A stretch of DNA of 63,428 nt, counting the filler, from Chiloscyllium plagiosum (Eukaryota): the NCBI RefSeq assembly GCF_004010195.1. It is 4 parts of one record of this genome, joined end to end, with 100 filler letters (N's around TTAATTAATTAA, not from the genome) between each part and the next. Parts side by side here need not be neighbours in the genome. Positions count along the whole stretch, not along the records: positions 50,697 to 63,428 come from NC_057710.1; 3 more parts are not named here. One strand, 5' to 3'. The notes under the pieces are model-generated. The model was not told where the DNA came from and did not search any database. It was given only the letters and a program-made list of their open reading frames with translations. Of the stretch, positions 62,686-63,428 are shown one piece after another; position 1 is the first letter of the stretch; every line of letters begins with the position of its first letter. Position numbers and translations under genes: made by a program.

Positions 62686-62964
62686 ATGGACTGTCGAATG
62701 TGGAGGGGAGTCACAATGACTGCTTGCAAGCCAGTGAGACCTGCATCAATGACCCCAAGTGTAGCCCCAAGTACAGGACATTTCGCCAATGCATGACGGG
62801 CAGCAGCGCTGCTCCACTTGGGCCTGGAGCCAAGAACCAGTGCATTAGTGCGGTCATGTCACTCCTGTCCAGCCCGCTGCACAACTGCAAGTGCAAACGA
62901 GGTATGAAGAAGGAGAAAAACTGTCTTGGGATCTATTGGAGCCTGCATCAGAGCATGGCACAAG
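62686..62964 (+). CDS. gfra4: Internal coding exon: GDNF family receptor alpha domain 1, most similar to non-mammalian GFRA4
   Basis: Polypyrimidine tract + CAG acceptor (62683-62685), donor G|GTACGT (GT at 62965-62966), 279 nt, phase 1/1. Encodes DCLQASETCINDPKCSPKYRTFRQC...LGPGAKNQC...LLSSPLHNCKCKRGMKKEKNCLGIYWSLHQ with 8 Cys and the GFRalpha hallmark CxCKRGMKKEKxCLxxYWS. DCLQA/NDP/LGPxAKNQC/LLSS match my recollection of avian GFRA4 better than GFRA1/2. Family call is secure; paralog call is likely. Confidence 0.9.
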
Positions 62965-63227
62965 GTACGTCCTTCCGACTTTTCTCTCCGGGCTGTGTAT
63001 AGTGACTCAATTGCTGGCCAGAACAAAAATGGACAGGTTATTCCTGCGTCAGTCACACAATGCTATGAGAGACAGGGATTGACTTCACCCATATCTTGAA
63101 CCATCCTTCACTCAGTGAGTTTTGCTGAAGAAGTCAATCCGTGTTTTGTCTGGAGTATGGTAGTTTTAATCATGTTTCCTGTTGTTTGTGAGGGTTCGTC
63201 TTACATATTGCCATTTTCTTTATTGAC

Positions 63228-63428
63228 TCGGTTAAAGGGGGATAACTCCCCAGGACCTGATCAGGTGTACACAAGAACTCTGTGGGAAGCTAGAGAAGTG
63301 ATTGCTGGGCCTCTTGCTGAGATAGTTGTATCATCGATAGTCACAGGTGAGGTGCCGGAAGACTGGAGGTTGGCAAACGTGGTGCCACTGTTTAAGAAGG
63401 GCGGTAAAGACAAGCCAGGGAACTATAG
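63228..63428 (+). mobile_element. Young CR1 ORF2 fragment running off the window
   Basis: SPGPDQVYTRTLWEARE...GEVPEDWRLANVVPLFKKGGKDKPGNY. Confidence 0.9.

Overview
Vertebrate (not microbial) genomic DNA, almost certainly from a cartilaginous fish (shark). This is inferred from HE1-type tRNA-derived V-SINEs, abundant CR1-clade LINEs and Penelope-like elements. Most of the window is nested, decayed retroelements: CR1 LINEs (with ORF1 SGNH-esterase, endonuclease and RT remnants), a second CR1/L2-type LINE and its partner SINE, Rex1/Babar, Tx1-clade L1, solo-LTR-like elements and Penelope-like elements. The only recognisable host coding sequence is one 279-nt phase-1/phase-1 exon at 62686-62964 (+). 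It encodes the cysteine-rich domain 1 of a GDNF family receptor alpha, most like non-mammalian GFRA4, so the rest is probably upstream or intronic sequence of that gene. Most notable observations: (1) repeated minimal hammerhead-ribozyme motifs (CTGANGA-stem-GAAA-palindromic stem III) in Penelope terminal repeats, with covariation between two families; (2) a set of 120-225 bp non-coding, mostly inverted-repeat Penelope insertions, each with an 11-17 bp target-site duplication; (3) a decayed retroviral env (SU C-terminal motif, fusion peptide, ISD, CX6CC) at about 6480-7200; (4) three 150-210 bp local templated duplications; (5) a 38-bp minisatellite with a two-unit higher-order pattern. Three ~100-bp N gaps contain an artificial TTAATTAATTAA linker. 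Repeat boundaries were read by eye and are approximate unless a TSD is given. Family names come from recognition, not database searches.
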